A stretch of 64,000 nucleotides of DNA from Candidatus Wolfebacteria bacterium GW2011_GWB1_47_1 (GTDB taxonomy: Bacteria > Patescibacteriota > Minisyncoccia > UBA6257 > UBA9933): NCBI GenBank assembly GCA_001029635.1, contig CP011209.1, positions 16,983 to 80,982 of the forward strand, read 5' to 3'. The notes beneath the pieces are model-generated. The model ran no database searches, was not told the DNA's origin, and saw nothing but the letters and a program-made list of their open reading frames with translations. The translations under genes were made by a program, and so were the position numbers. This document shows, one piece after another, positions 19,139 to 27,798 of this stretch (within the stretch, counting starts at the first letter, position 1; the number at the start of each line of letters is the position of its first letter).

Positions 19139-20041
19139 CTACTTCTCTACCTTCGATTGAATGTAATTGCGCATATCTTCATATTTCCCCGAGCCAAGTC
19201 GTGGAAGTAGTACATACGCCATAGCATTGCCGTATTCCACTTCTGAGCTTTGCAAAATTCCCGTCTTGAAATCAACAACGATTGTATTAAGCCGCACTCC
19301 GCCAAACTGCCGCAACGTCGGCAACAGCTCCTTGAAGTCGATGTTTGTATTTAAATTTCCCAACTCCGGAGTCATCTTAAACAAGAATGCCGTCTTTTCC
19401 ATCGCACTCAATGTCTTAAATTCCTTCAAGACAGCACGGACCACCTCTTGCTGATTCTTTTCCCGGAAAAAGTCCCCCTCCGGCGCGTGTCTATTGCGAA
19501 CCAACCAGATCGCCTGGTCGCCATTGATATGGTTCTCTCCCGCCGGGATAGTGTATCCGCTCACGCCATCTACTACCTTGTCTTTCAATGTCAGGTCTAC
19601 ACCCCCCATCTCATCGACAACTTTCTTTAATATGTCGACGTTTACCACAACATATTTGTCCGTCTTAAGTCCCGTCATCTGTGGCAATGCCTCCATAAAC
19701 TCATTTAATTTCCCCCGTCGTAGCGCTTCATTTAGCTTAAACGACTCACCACCGAACGTTACAAATAGATCGCGAGGTAATGAGATCAGGTTCACCACGC
19801 CGAGCTTTGGACGATATTCGACCAAGATAATACTATCGGTCAGATCGGGCGCGTTACTCCATCCTAATGCCCTCCCCGTTTCTCCAAGCAATAAAAAACT
19901 AATCCGATCTTCGCTCATTGGGTTATCGTCGTTCTCCGCAAAGATTGATATCTTCTTTTGATAACTCATCAAAAATCCGACCCCCACGATTGCGGCGATT
20001 GTGACAAATACTTTTGCGATTGTTTTTACTTTTGATGGCAT
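19139..20041 (-). CDS. LytR-CpsA-Psr (LCP) family cell-envelope phosphotransferase
   Basis: LCP core (LISLPRDLFV...GYTIPAGENHINGDQAIWLVRNRH). Start trimmed to M44 (MPSKVKTIAKVFV, TM anchor), because the upstream 43 codons of the track ORF are a translation of a hairpin-repeat element. Confidence 0.85.
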   Translation of the reverse strand: MPSKVKTIAKVFVTIAAIVGVGFLMSYQKKISIFAENDDNPMSEDRISFLLLGETGRALGWSNAPDLTDSIILVEYRPKLGVVNLISLPRDLFVTFGGESFKLNEALRRGKLNEFMEALPQMTGLKTDKYVVVNVDILKKVVDEMGGVDLTLKDKVVDGVSGYTIPAGENHINGDQAIWLVRNRHAPEGDFFREKNQQEVVRAVLKEFKTLSAMEKTAFLFKMTPELGNLNTNIDFKELLPTLRQFGGVRLNTIVVDFKTGILQSSEVEYGNAMAYVLLPRLGSGKYEDMRNYIQSKVEK

Positions 20042-20070
20042 GCCGACTATTTTTATTGTTCCGTTTTTTT

Positions 20071-20169
20071 GGTTAACGCGTTGATGGGTTAACGCGTTAA
20101 ATCCCTCTGTCATCCTCCCCGAAGACGCGCATCTATATACTCTGGATTCCGGCCTTCGCCGGAATGACA
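20071..20169 (+). repeat. composite hairpin repeat copy C: two GTTAACGCGTT(R)A palindromes, a TGTCATCC..CGAAG arm, and CTGGATTCCGGC-CTTC-GCCGGAATGACA
   Basis: Lies between the true LCP start (20041) and the folD stop. It accounts for the artefactual N-terminal extension of the track ORF 19139..20170. Confidence 0.7.
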
Positions 20170-20179
20170 TAAGTGGCGC

Positions 20180-21004
20180 TTATTTATTCAAGATGTAGTA
20201 ATTTTCCATCAACTTTGCGATCAATATCGGGCCCGTTCCTCCGGGAGTTGGCGTGTAGAATGCATGAGGCACCAGAGATGCGGAATGAGGAATAAGAGCG
20301 TTATCGAAATCACCTTGGATCTTTCCTTCACTATCAAATGAATATCCAAAGTCTACGACACTTGCGAAATCCCTTATCATCTCCGGCGTAATGAGTCCCG
20401 CCTTGCCAACGCCGGTGATGATTATGTCCGCCCGTTTAAGTATTTCCAGGTCGCTCCCCTGGTCGAGTGCGTATACTTCCTTCGCCTTTTTCATCAACCA
20501 AAGCGCGATTGGCTTCCCTACTAATATGCCCAACCCCACAACTGCAACTTTTTTCTCGCGAAGGTCTATTCCCTTTCTTATGAACAATTCTTCGCACGTT
20601 GCCACCGATGGCGGCGCCACCGAACTCCTATTGTTATAGAATGCGCCGAGTGTCCGTTCGCTTAATGCATCCACATCCTTCTCTGGTGGGATCATATTTA
20701 AGACATAGTGCGCATTGCAATGCGCGGGCAGGGGTAGTTGCACTATTATTGCGCCGACGCGAGACATCCTAGCGATCCTCCCTATCTCTTTGCGTAATGA
20801 ATCGTTTGTACTTGTTTCCGGAAATCGATAGATGCGAAAGTCGAGACCCAACTCCTTGGCCACTTTTTCCTTCTGCTTCACAAAACTCTCGCTCGCCGCG
20901 TTGTCGCCGACCAAAACAGCCGCAAATATCTTGTGCGGTGCTGGCTCGCTCTTGAGTCGTTCAATTATTTCTTTCGCAATCCCCTTTCCGTCGATCGCCT
21001 TCAT
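20180..21004 (-). CDS. folD: bifunctional methylenetetrahydrofolate dehydrogenase/cyclohydrolase
   Basis: 274 aa with a typical FolD sequence (VLVGDNAASESFVKQKEK..., VVGLGILVGKPIALWL). Confidence 0.95.
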   Translation of the reverse strand: MKAIDGKGIAKEIIERLKSEPAPHKIFAAVLVGDNAASESFVKQKEKVAKELGLDFRIYRFPETSTNDSLRKEIGRIARMSRVGAIIVQLPLPAHCNAHYVLNMIPPEKDVDALSERTLGAFYNNRSSVAPPSVATCEELFIRKGIDLREKKVAVVGLGILVGKPIALWLMKKAKEVYALDQGSDLEILKRADIIITGVGKAGLITPEMIRDFASVVDFGYSFDSEGKIQGDFDNALIPHSASLVPHAFYTPTPGGTGPILIAKLMENYYILNK

Positions 21005-21110
21005 TACTGTATTGTATCAGATTTTATTCTTCTTACTATATAACGACGCTAAGCGTGGCTTGTTTCCGTATTAGTATTCCTTGATTCCCATCATTATTAT
21101 TCATAAGCCA

Positions 21111-21154
21111 TTGACATGATCACTTTAAACTAGTATTCAATAATCAGCTATTAT
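21111..21154 (+). promoter_or_regulatory. promoter and palindromic operator of paralog cassette 1
   Basis: TTGACA-N17-TATTCA followed directly by ATAATCAGCTATTAT. GAGGAGG SD 5-6 nt before the ATG at 21176. Confidence 0.6.
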
Positions 21155-21175
21155 CACCTGTTTTGAGGAGGCTCT

Positions 21176-21553
21176 ATGTTTAGCAAACTACGAGTGGATC
21201 CACACAAGAAATGCTTGGTCAACCTACCGGAAGGATGGGTCACGTTGTTCCTAGCAAGAACCCGCGAAAGTGCATTCCTTTTCGGAGCCGTTATTGGTCT
21301 CCGGGATAAATGCCTCCCGACAGACGAGGGCATACAACGCGAAATAGGAGGATTCGCTAAAGTTCTCCAGTTCACTGTGGAAAATATCCACGTCCTCGAT
21401 GTTTATCATGGTCATAAATACCCTCAAGGTGGAGGCCTGGTTGACGTTAACCTTCTAGACAAATCTGTGATCTGGGCAGGCGTAGACGAATGCGGGCGCA
21501 ACGAATTCTTCGGCGAACGCATTCCGCTTGCTGACGTTCTCGTTACCCTCTAA
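21176..21553 (+). CDS. hypothetical protein, member 1 of a tandem three-paralog family
   Basis: 125 aa. Shares GLP.GWVTLFLA, CLP, HGHKY..GGG and W...DECG...FGERI.P.DVLV.L with the two downstream paralogs. Confidence 0.65.
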   Translation: MFSKLRVDPHKKCLVNLPEGWVTLFLARTRESAFLFGAVIGLRDKCLPTDEGIQREIGGFAKVLQFTVENIHVLDVYHGHKYPQGGGLVDVNLLDKSVIWAGVDECGRNEFFGERIPLADVLVTL

Positions 21554-21572
21554 GCACTTCTCCGTTTCATCT

Positions 21573-21602
21573 GGAGCCCTCCTTCTCGGAGGGCTTTTTT
21601 TA
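21573..21602 (+). terminator. terminator of paralog 1
   Basis: GAGCCCTCC-TTCT-CGGAGGGCT followed by TTTTTTT, which runs directly into the next TTGACA. Confidence 0.8.
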
Positions 21603-21603
21603 T

Positions 21604-21647
21604 TGACATGCATTCGATAACTTGGTATTCAATAATCAGCTGTTATC
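21604..21647 (+). promoter_or_regulatory. promoter and palindromic operator of paralog cassette 2
   Basis: TTGACA-N17-TATTCA then ATAATCAGCTGTTAT. GGGGAG SD before the ATG at 21669. Confidence 0.6.
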
Positions 21648-21668
21648 AAACGTTTACGGGGAGACTTT

Positions 21669-22037
21669 ATGAACTTGCGCATCGTCAATGATACTATCGT
21701 CGGATTGCCTGACGGCAATACTGTTTTCTTCCTCGCCAAGGCGAACCTACACGGGGTTATCTACTGCTACGCCATATTCGGTCCCACCGCCACCTGTCTT
21801 CCAAAACCGGGAGAAACCTTTACCGAGCTGTTCGACGCAAAGGTTGCCGTCTTTCGCACCGATGGCAGCATGTACGCATTGTACTACGCACATCATGGGC
21901 ACAAATACGCCCTTGGTGGCGGTATGGTCGAGATTATCTCCGGCCGTTCCATCGTCTGGACCACTCCTGATGAATGCGGCTGTACGCGAATCTTCGGCGA
22001 GCGCATCCACCCTCGCGATATCCTTATCGCACTCTAG
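21669..22037 (+). CDS. hypothetical protein, paralog 2
   Basis: 122 aa with the same conserved blocks (FFLAKA, CLP, HHGHKY.LGGGM, TPDECG..RIFGERIHPRDILIAL). Confidence 0.65.
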   Translation: MNLRIVNDTIVGLPDGNTVFFLAKANLHGVIYCYAIFGPTATCLPKPGETFTELFDAKVAVFRTDGSMYALYYAHHGHKYALGGGMVEIISGRSIVWTTPDECGCTRIFGERIHPRDILIAL

Positions 22038-22040
22038 CTC

Positions 22041-22069
22041 AAAGCCCCGCGTATGCGGGGCTTTTTTGT
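22041..22069 (+). terminator. terminator of paralog 2
   Basis: AGCCCCGC-GTAT-GCGGGGCT followed by TTTTTTG. Confidence 0.8.
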
Positions 22070-22112
22070 TGACATCGTTTTTATAATCTGGTATTCAATA
22101 ATCAGCTATTAT
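22069..22112 (+). promoter_or_regulatory. promoter and palindromic operator of paralog cassette 3
   Basis: TTGACA-N17-TATTCA then ATAATCAGCTATTAT. GAGGAGG SD before the ATG at 22134. Confidence 0.6.
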
Positions 22113-22133
22113 AAAACGCTTTGAGGAGGGTAT

Positions 22134-22514
22134 ATGTTTAAGCACCTACGCGTAAACGAACAAACAAAGTGTATCGATGGCTTGCCGAAAGAATGGGTTA
22201 CTCTTTTCCTGGCAAAGGTCTCGGCTCGGTATGGTTTGCTCACCCATTGCGCCGTCATATGCCCCGACGTACTCCTCCCTGAAAAGAATCAGTTTTACTC
22301 CTCGATCGTAGGTGCTAAAGTCGTCCTATTTAACGGAAGAGCATTCAACTTGATCGACATCATCGAAGGATACAAGGTTCGGAAAGGCGGATGCCGCGTT
22401 CAGTATATAAAGAAAGGCCTCGTCGACTTTCCAGGAGAAATCCATAGTTATGACGGGGAGCATACCTTCGAAGATCGTCTTCTTCGCCCACAGGATGTTC
22501 TTGTCGCACTTTAA
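22134..22514 (+). CDS. hypothetical protein, paralog 3
   Basis: 126 aa. The most diverged copy (GLPKEWVTLFLAK retained, GHKY replaced by EGYKVRKGG), ending in QDVLVAL. Confidence 0.6.
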   Translation: MFKHLRVNEQTKCIDGLPKEWVTLFLAKVSARYGLLTHCAVICPDVLLPEKNQFYSSIVGAKVVLFNGRAFNLIDIIEGYKVRKGGCRVQYIKKGLVDFPGEIHSYDGEHTFEDRLLRPQDVLVAL

Positions 22515-22535
22515 TCTCCTCCCCGTTTCACCCAA

Positions 22536-22562
22536 AAGCCCCGCTTGCGCGGGGCCTTTTTG
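22536..22562 (+). terminator. terminator of paralog 3
   Basis: GCCCCGC-TTGC-GCGGGGC followed by CTTTTTG. Confidence 0.75.
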
Positions 22563-22774
22563 CTTCTCTTGATTTAATCTTGCATTTCATCTGCGAGCTG
22601 TAAAAATAGGGGGTTAAATAGGCGAAGAAAATCTCCTCAAAAATAGAGAATCTGGGTCCCGTCCGAAGTATGGGTGATTCTCGATTTTGTTAGAGATTTT
22701 TAAGCCTATTCCCTATTTTTAATTCGCTCGCGCTTTTTGGCCTACTTTTACTAAAAAAGTAGGGAAAAGAAAAG

Positions 22775-24469
22775 TTACATCTGTTCCAATGTTTTCAACC
22801 CAAGCAACTCCAGTCCTGTCTTCAGTGTCTGGGCCGCTGCGGCGATTAGCGCCAAGCGCGCGTTGCGCTCGGCTTCATCGGCCTTCAATATCTGTACCGC
22901 TTGGTACATCGTATTTACATCCTTTGCTAGTACATAGAGATAATCAGACAAGTGATGCGGAAAATAATTTTTTGTTATCCCCTCTATCACCTCTGGAAAT
23001 TCTTGCAATCGCAAAATCACCTGCAATTCCGATTCATCCTTCAGCATATCGACGTTGAATGCCGCTACTTTTTCGCCCTTGCGTAAAATGCTCTTTAATC
23101 GCGCGTAGGCGTATTGCAAATACGGCCCTGAGTTTCCTTCGAAACTCAACATGCGATCCCAATTAAATGCGATGTCGGACTGTCTATTCTGCGACAGGTC
23201 GTTGTATTTTACCGCGCCTAATCCTACTGCCTCGGCTATCTGCTGGCGTTCTTCCTCTGACATGTCGGGTTGTTTTTCATCGACAACTTTTCGTGCCCGA
23301 AGTATAGCCTCCTGCAACAGATCAAAGAGTGATACAGTCTTACCCGCGCGAGTCGAAAACTTCTTCATATCCTCTCCGAGCATTAATCCAAATTTCACAT
23401 GGACCAACGTTTGATCGTCAACGATCTCGAGTTTCTTTGCAGCCTTAAATAGTTGCTCGAAATGCAACGATTGTTCATTACCGACGACATACACGATTCT
23501 ATCCGCATTCAGATCACTAACCCGATGACGCAGCGTTGCGAGGTCCGTGGTCGGATACAGATATGCTCCATCCGACTTCCTGATGATCATCGGCGCTTCG
23601 TATCCCTCGATCGGAATGACGATCGCCCCCTCGCTCTCTTTCGCAATCCCCTTTGTAAGCGCCTCCTCTACGATTCCGGGAAGTTGCTCGTTGTAAAAAC
23701 TTTCACCCTGCACATGATCAAATGATACATTTAATAGCGCGTACATTCGATCGAACTCGGCAAGACTGACATCATAAAACTTCCTCCAAATGGCCAGGTT
23801 CTCTTCATCTCCATCTTGTAACTTTTTTACTTCCTTTCTTGCCACCTCACCTAAGGTCGGATCTTCTTTCATTCGTCCACTAAAGCCGACGTATAACTTC
23901 ATCAAATAATCAATCGTCACCTCCTCTGGCATGCCATCTTCCTTGTATGCCGCGATCAATACGCCGAATTGCTTCCCCCAATCCCCAAGGTGATTATCGC
24001 CAATAGCGTTCCACCCATTGAACTTGAATATATTGTAGAGCGCTTGCCCGATAACAGTCGACCGTAAATGCCCCACCCCCATTGGCTTGGCGATGTTTGG
24101 AGCACTATAATCAACGACCACAGTCTTTAATCGTTCCGCAGCCTCGTGCATAGGACGACCCCAATTTTCCCCTGTTTCGTATATTTCTTTAAAGCTTGCT
24201 TGAATAGCCTCCGCAGTCAACCAGATATTCACAAATCCCGGGCTTACCGCTTCTATTTTTTCGAAGAACCCTTCGGGGGTAGCTGATCGGAGCTTTTCTG
24301 CAATATCCTCGGCAACTTCCATCGGACTCTTACCTCGCGCCTTTGCCAATCGCAACGCGACATTGGTCGAAAAATGTCCGAACTGTGCATGTTCGGGGAT
24401 AGTAATCTCGATAATTTGTGCGTCTGAGATCGCAGACCGCAAATACTCTTCAATATTCTTCCGCATCAT
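22775..24469 (-). CDS. argS: arginine--tRNA ligase
   Basis: 564 aa with an ArgRS N-terminal add-on domain, a class I HIGH-like segment (PNIAKPMGVGHLRST) and a C-terminal DALR anticodon-binding domain ending ...LEQM. Confidence 0.95.
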   Translation of the reverse strand: MMRKNIEEYLRSAISDAQIIEITIPEHAQFGHFSTNVALRLAKARGKSPMEVAEDIAEKLRSATPEGFFEKIEAVSPGFVNIWLTAEAIQASFKEIYETGENWGRPMHEAAERLKTVVVDYSAPNIAKPMGVGHLRSTVIGQALYNIFKFNGWNAIGDNHLGDWGKQFGVLIAAYKEDGMPEEVTIDYLMKLYVGFSGRMKEDPTLGEVARKEVKKLQDGDEENLAIWRKFYDVSLAEFDRMYALLNVSFDHVQGESFYNEQLPGIVEEALTKGIAKESEGAIVIPIEGYEAPMIIRKSDGAYLYPTTDLATLRHRVSDLNADRIVYVVGNEQSLHFEQLFKAAKKLEIVDDQTLVHVKFGLMLGEDMKKFSTRAGKTVSLFDLLQEAILRARKVVDEKQPDMSEEERQQIAEAVGLGAVKYNDLSQNRQSDIAFNWDRMLSFEGNSGPYLQYAYARLKSILRKGEKVAAFNVDMLKDESELQVILRLQEFPEVIEGITKNYFPHHLSDYLYVLAKDVNTMYQAVQILKADEAERNARLALIAAAAQTLKTGLELLGLKTLEQM

Positions 24470-24512
24470 TGCATTGAGTGTATCGCAAACAGTTCAAAAA
24501 CTCAAAAAATCC

Positions 24513-25682
24513 TTATTTTGTGGCATTGTACATCACCTCAATCTCATTGCCCGAAAGTGGCCTATTATATACCCGCACATCATCCACCTTCCCGGTTGTC
24601 CAATATGAACCACATCCGTGCGCACCCATGCACAAATTTGCACTTACCGTGTCCGCTCCCGTGATTGCTAACGTCCCATCTAATACGCCGTTTATGTAGA
24701 CCTTTACGCCTGTATTGTCATATACTCCGACAATATGATACCAATTACCCATCGCGAGCGACGTTGCCCCATTTATGCTTTTCTGGGTACCTCCGACCGA
24801 CGCAGAATGGAAAGCCCTATTCCCCGATACATGCGTTGATAAATAAGGCAACCCAAAACTAAGGAATATATTCGCGTTTACCGCAAGTGACCCAGGATTA
24901 AACCACGCCGCCATCGTGTGTCCTTTTGAAAAATCAACGCCCGTACTTACTCCCGGGGCATTCACGGCACTGCTTCCATTAAAGCTTATCGCTCCATCCA
25001 CCTTACCGGCCGTCCACGTAGGCGATCCTATAGAAAGGATTCCATCATGCCCCCTGCCGCTACCGTCAGCTGCAACAGCGCCATTGGTTTCATCAAATGC
25101 CCAGTACCCAACAAGCCCAGACGCTTGCGCCAATAAGGATAAATTCGACCCCTGTTCGAACCGGGAAGGATCAACCCCTCCATCCTTCGCCCCATTTTGA
25201 TTGAAGTATTTATCGGATTCCAAGGTCGCAGACAATGCATATCCGCTTCCGGCAACATATGTATAATACAGTCCTTTTGTTCCGCTATTTGTCGGGTCTA
25301 TTGGCAATGTTCCTTGCGAAGCCCCCAAGCTCGCAATATCCACCGGAAGCCACCCACTTCCATCTGTCTTGAGGTAGTTTGCTGCTGTTTTACACGCATA
25401 GCTCCAAGTCGGAGGCAAGGTTGGAAGGCTCAAGTTTGCACATATCGCAGATGTATCCGGCGTTGAAACATAAACCACGTTCGCCGTCCCCATTGCCATA
25501 TTTCTGTTTTTTGCCTCCGCCAACGAAAGGGATAGTATCTGGATGTCGACGACTCTTTTCCCGTCTCTCGACTGCCTCAGCTGCTCTACTGGATTAATAG
25601 ACAGTACAGCTACGGTTGAGATGATCGCTATAATGCCAATCGAAATCAAAAGTTCCAATAATGTGAATCCGTTCCTACTCAT
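24513..25682 (-). CDS. type IV pilin-like (prepilin N-terminal methylation motif) protein with a LamG/concanavalin-like domain
   Basis: Prepilin leader and cleavage motif MSRNG|FTLLELLISIGIIAII. C-terminal LamG-like jelly-roll (GNWYHIVGVYDNTGVKVYINGVLDG). Start trimmed to M39 of the track ORF. Confidence 0.8.
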   Translation of the reverse strand: MSRNGFTLLELLISIGIIAIISTVAVLSINPVEQLRQSRDGKRVVDIQILSLSLAEAKNRNMAMGTANVVYVSTPDTSAICANLSLPTLPPTWSYACKTAANYLKTDGSGWLPVDIASLGASQGTLPIDPTNSGTKGLYYTYVAGSGYALSATLESDKYFNQNGAKDGGVDPSRFEQGSNLSLLAQASGLVGYWAFDETNGAVAADGSGRGHDGILSIGSPTWTAGKVDGAISFNGSSAVNAPGVSTGVDFSKGHTMAAWFNPGSLAVNANIFLSFGLPYLSTHVSGNRAFHSASVGGTQKSINGATSLAMGNWYHIVGVYDNTGVKVYINGVLDGTLAITGADTVSANLCMGAHGCGSYWTTGKVDDVRVYNRPLSGNEIEVMYNATK

Positions 25683-25824
25683 ATAACCTATTGTACCATA
25701 TCTTCTTCTTATGAAGTGCATAGTAAGACCCCTCGTACCAAAACAAATATTGACAATATTTATATTATATGATATAAATATATCAGATTCTTTCACTCTT
25801 CAGTAGTTAAAAAAGGAGACTTTT

Positions 25825-26124
25825 ATGAAATCGGAGCTCGTTATTTCGATCGACACAGGAACCCATACCAACGCAATCGGCATGAACCTTTCTCTGTTAC
25901 TGATGGCCGCAGACGGCGTCGAATTCACCGACCCTAGCAACAAAGCAGAGGAAAAGGGTCTTTCGCAGGACCTGATCAACCTCAAAAACGACCTCTTCAG
26001 AATTGTAGGGGTCAAGCGGATCTTCTTCTCGCAGAAGTCGATCACTATCATAAAAACTGACGCACCCAACAGGAAGGGTATCATCTCCGCCGCTAAACGG
26101 CGCATCCACAAATATCCCTTCTAA
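25825..26124 (+). CDS. Nfu/NifU N-terminal (Nfu_N) domain protein
   Basis: 99 aa. LFRIVGVKRIFFSQKSITIIK matches the Nfu_N core (LF.I.GVKSVFFG.DFITVTK). Confidence 0.65.
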   Translation: MKSELVISIDTGTHTNAIGMNLSLLLMAADGVEFTDPSNKAEEKGLSQDLINLKNDLFRIVGVKRIFFSQKSITIIKTDAPNRKGIISAAKRRIHKYPF

Positions 26125-26133
26125 GCCTCACCC

Positions 26134-26169
26134 CCAAGGGCCACGCACATGTGTGGCCCTTTTTTTTAT
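26134..26169 (+). terminator. rho-independent terminator
   Basis: AGGGCCAC-GCACATGT-GTGGCCCT followed by TTTTTTTT. Confidence 0.8.
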
Positions 26170-26195
26170 CCCTTATTACCCATATACTCTACTTT

Positions 26196-26633
26196 ATGGA
26201 GGCCATAACCAACAAACGTGCCTATTTTGACTATGAGATCCTCGAAACCTTCGAGGCGGGCTTGGAATTGCTCGGAACGGAGGTGAAATCGGTCAAGGGT
26301 GGACGTATAAACCTTTCGAGCACCTATGTACTCCTCCGGGACGGCCAGCCAACCCTTTTTAATGCCGATATCCCACCCTATCAACCCAAGAATGCGCCTA
26401 AAGATTACAACCCCACTCGCACCCGTCGGCTCTTACTTACAGCCAAAGAAATCCAGTATTTAACAGGCAAAATCGAGGAGCGAGGGTTGACATTAGTGCC
26501 TTTGAAAGTATATACTAAGCATCAGCGAATTAAGGTTCTCGTCGGTCTCGCAAAGAGCCGAAAGGAACACGACAAGCGCGAAGCCATCAAAAAGCGTGAA
26601 GATTGGAAGCAAATCCGCAAGGATATCTTCTAA
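26196..26633 (+). CDS. smpB: SsrA-binding protein
   Basis: Starts at M16 of the track ORF (MEAITNKRAYFDYEILETFEAGLELLGTEVKS...), a canonical SmpB sequence. Confidence 0.95.
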   Translation: MEAITNKRAYFDYEILETFEAGLELLGTEVKSVKGGRINLSSTYVLLRDGQPTLFNADIPPYQPKNAPKDYNPTRTRRLLLTAKEIQYLTGKIEERGLTLVPLKVYTKHQRIKVLVGLAKSRKEHDKREAIKKREDWKQIRKDIF

Positions 26634-26639
26634 CCCATG

Positions 26640-26981
26640 GGGATGGCAGGCTTTGACAAAAGCGGCTCGTTGAAAAACTGCAGACCGGTCGTCATACCGC
26701 AACCTGACAAAAACCAATAACTGCCAACAAAACAGCAGTTCCTGCATTCGCTTTCGCGTAATGCAGTGTCGCCCCACCCTAAGCTTGTACGGTGGACGCG
26801 GCATCAACCCACAAGCTGGTTCAGTATCCGTGCCGTAGGCGCCTGAACGAGATTCAAATCGGCAAACTCAGTGGCGATTCGTCGGATTTTCTGCTTCTGT
26901 TTTACACTAACCCGACTATGTCTGTAGACGTCTTTCAATAACTCTTTTGGACGGGAGTTCAATTCTCCTCATCTCCACCAT
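26640..26981 (+). ncRNA. ssrA: tmRNA (SsrA)
   Basis: Lies immediately 3' of smpB. 5' GGGGATG pairs with 3' CATCTCC-ACCA, giving a 7 bp acceptor stem with a G3:U70 wobble (Ala identity) plus an encoded CCA. T-arm GGGAG-TTCAATT-CTCCT. Internal tag ORF GCC AAC AAA ACA GCA GTT CCT GCA TTC GCT TTC GCG TAA encodes ANKTAVPAFAFA* (~26724-26762). Confidence 0.75.
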
Positions 26982-27005
26982 CATTCACACTAACCAAACA
27001 CTGAT

Positions 27006-27512
27006 TTGGAACAACCACTTCGACTTAACCATCAAATAAAGGCACCTGAATTACGCGTCGTTGACGAGCAGGGAGAATTCCTCGGTATATTCTCACTCTC
27101 GGAAGCATTGCGGATTGCGGACGAAAAGGAACTTGATCTCATCGAGATCGCCCCGAATGCAAAACCGCCAGTCGCAAAGATCATCGACTTCGATAAATTC
27201 CGGTATCAGCGTGAGAAGGAAATGAAGAAGCAGCGCGCTCAACAAAAGACGAGCGAGCTGAAACAGATCAGATTTGGAGCCCGCGCGGCAAAAAACGATA
27301 TGGAGATCAAAATCAAGCAGATCGACAAATTCGTAAACGATGGCCATAAAGTAGAGATCATGCTCGTCCTCAAGGGACGCGAGAAGTACAACAGGGAATG
27401 GGCCTTCCAACGATTAAAGGAGTTCCTTGCCATGATCCCGTTTGAATATAAAACCATCGTCGAGCCGAAATTCGGCGGAAGAGGGCTATTGACCCAAATC
27501 ACCAAGAAATAA
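27006..27512 (+). CDS. infC: translation initiation factor IF-3
   Basis: 168 aa. HQIKAPELRVVDEQGEFLGIFSLSEALRIADEKELDLIEIAPNAKPPVAKIIDFDKFRYQ matches IF-3. It has a non-ATG (TTG) start, as is usual for infC. Confidence 0.9.
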   Translation: MEQPLRLNHQIKAPELRVVDEQGEFLGIFSLSEALRIADEKELDLIEIAPNAKPPVAKIIDFDKFRYQREKEMKKQRAQQKTSELKQIRFGARAAKNDMEIKIKQIDKFVNDGHKVEIMLVLKGREKYNREWAFQRLKEFLAMIPFEYKTIVEPKFGGRGLLTQITKK

Positions 27513-27520
27513 TAACCACC

Positions 27521-27691
27521 ATGAAAAAGACCATCTCAAAGCGATTGCGCATCACATCGACCGGAAAGGTCCTCCGACGCGCCATGGGTCTCGGTCATAA
27601 CCGATCCCGCAAAAGTTCAACCCAGCTCCGAAGAAAGGCCAATATGCGCCTCCTTGGTGGCGCAGCATCATTGATCAGACAAAACATGTAA
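27521..27691 (+). CDS. rpmI: 50S ribosomal protein L35
   Basis: 56 aa ORF not in the track because it is under 60 aa: MKKTISKRLRITSTGKVLRRAMGLGHNRSRKSSTQLRRKANMRLL... It sits between infC and rplT in the canonical operon position. Confidence 0.8.
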   Translation: MKKTISKRLRITSTGKVLRRAMGLGHNRSRKSSTQLRRKANMRLLGGAASLIRQNM

Positions 27692-27798
27692 ATTCACGGA
27701 TATCGAAGAATGGAAAACGGAATATAGGGGGTTCACTGGTTATATTTACAAACACTCCCCCCCTATTCCCTATTTCATAATTCATATTCCCTATTCTT

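Noticed and set aside
20042-20170. N-terminal 43 codons of track ORF 19139..20170 (and similarly 55333..55365 of the GT11 ORF, 36463..36540 of the rpmJ ORF, 30932..31063 of the 121 aa gene ORF)
   Set aside because: These extensions are translations of hairpin-repeat or leader elements. Internal Met codons with sensible SD or TM context give proteins matching family N-termini (LCP TM anchor, GGLGNQMFQ, MKVRAS..., MAELYD).
21747-22010. 87 aa minus-strand ORF and 132 aa plus-strand alternative frame (21688..22086) overlapping paralog 2
   Set aside because: Paralog 2 in frame 21669..22037 shares conserved blocks with paralogs 1 and 3, is preceded by the shared promoter/SD and followed by the terminator. 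The alternatives lack all of these.
22563-22774. Intergenic region downstream of paralog 3 and of argS, containing ATAGGG repeats and hairpin CCTACTTTT..AAAAGTAGG
   Set aside because: Probably just convergent terminator and spacer sequence. I could not define a consistent element or RNA.
26493-26807. 104 aa minus-strand ORF
   Set aside because: It lies antisense over the tmRNA gene and the smpB 3' end, and is an artefact.
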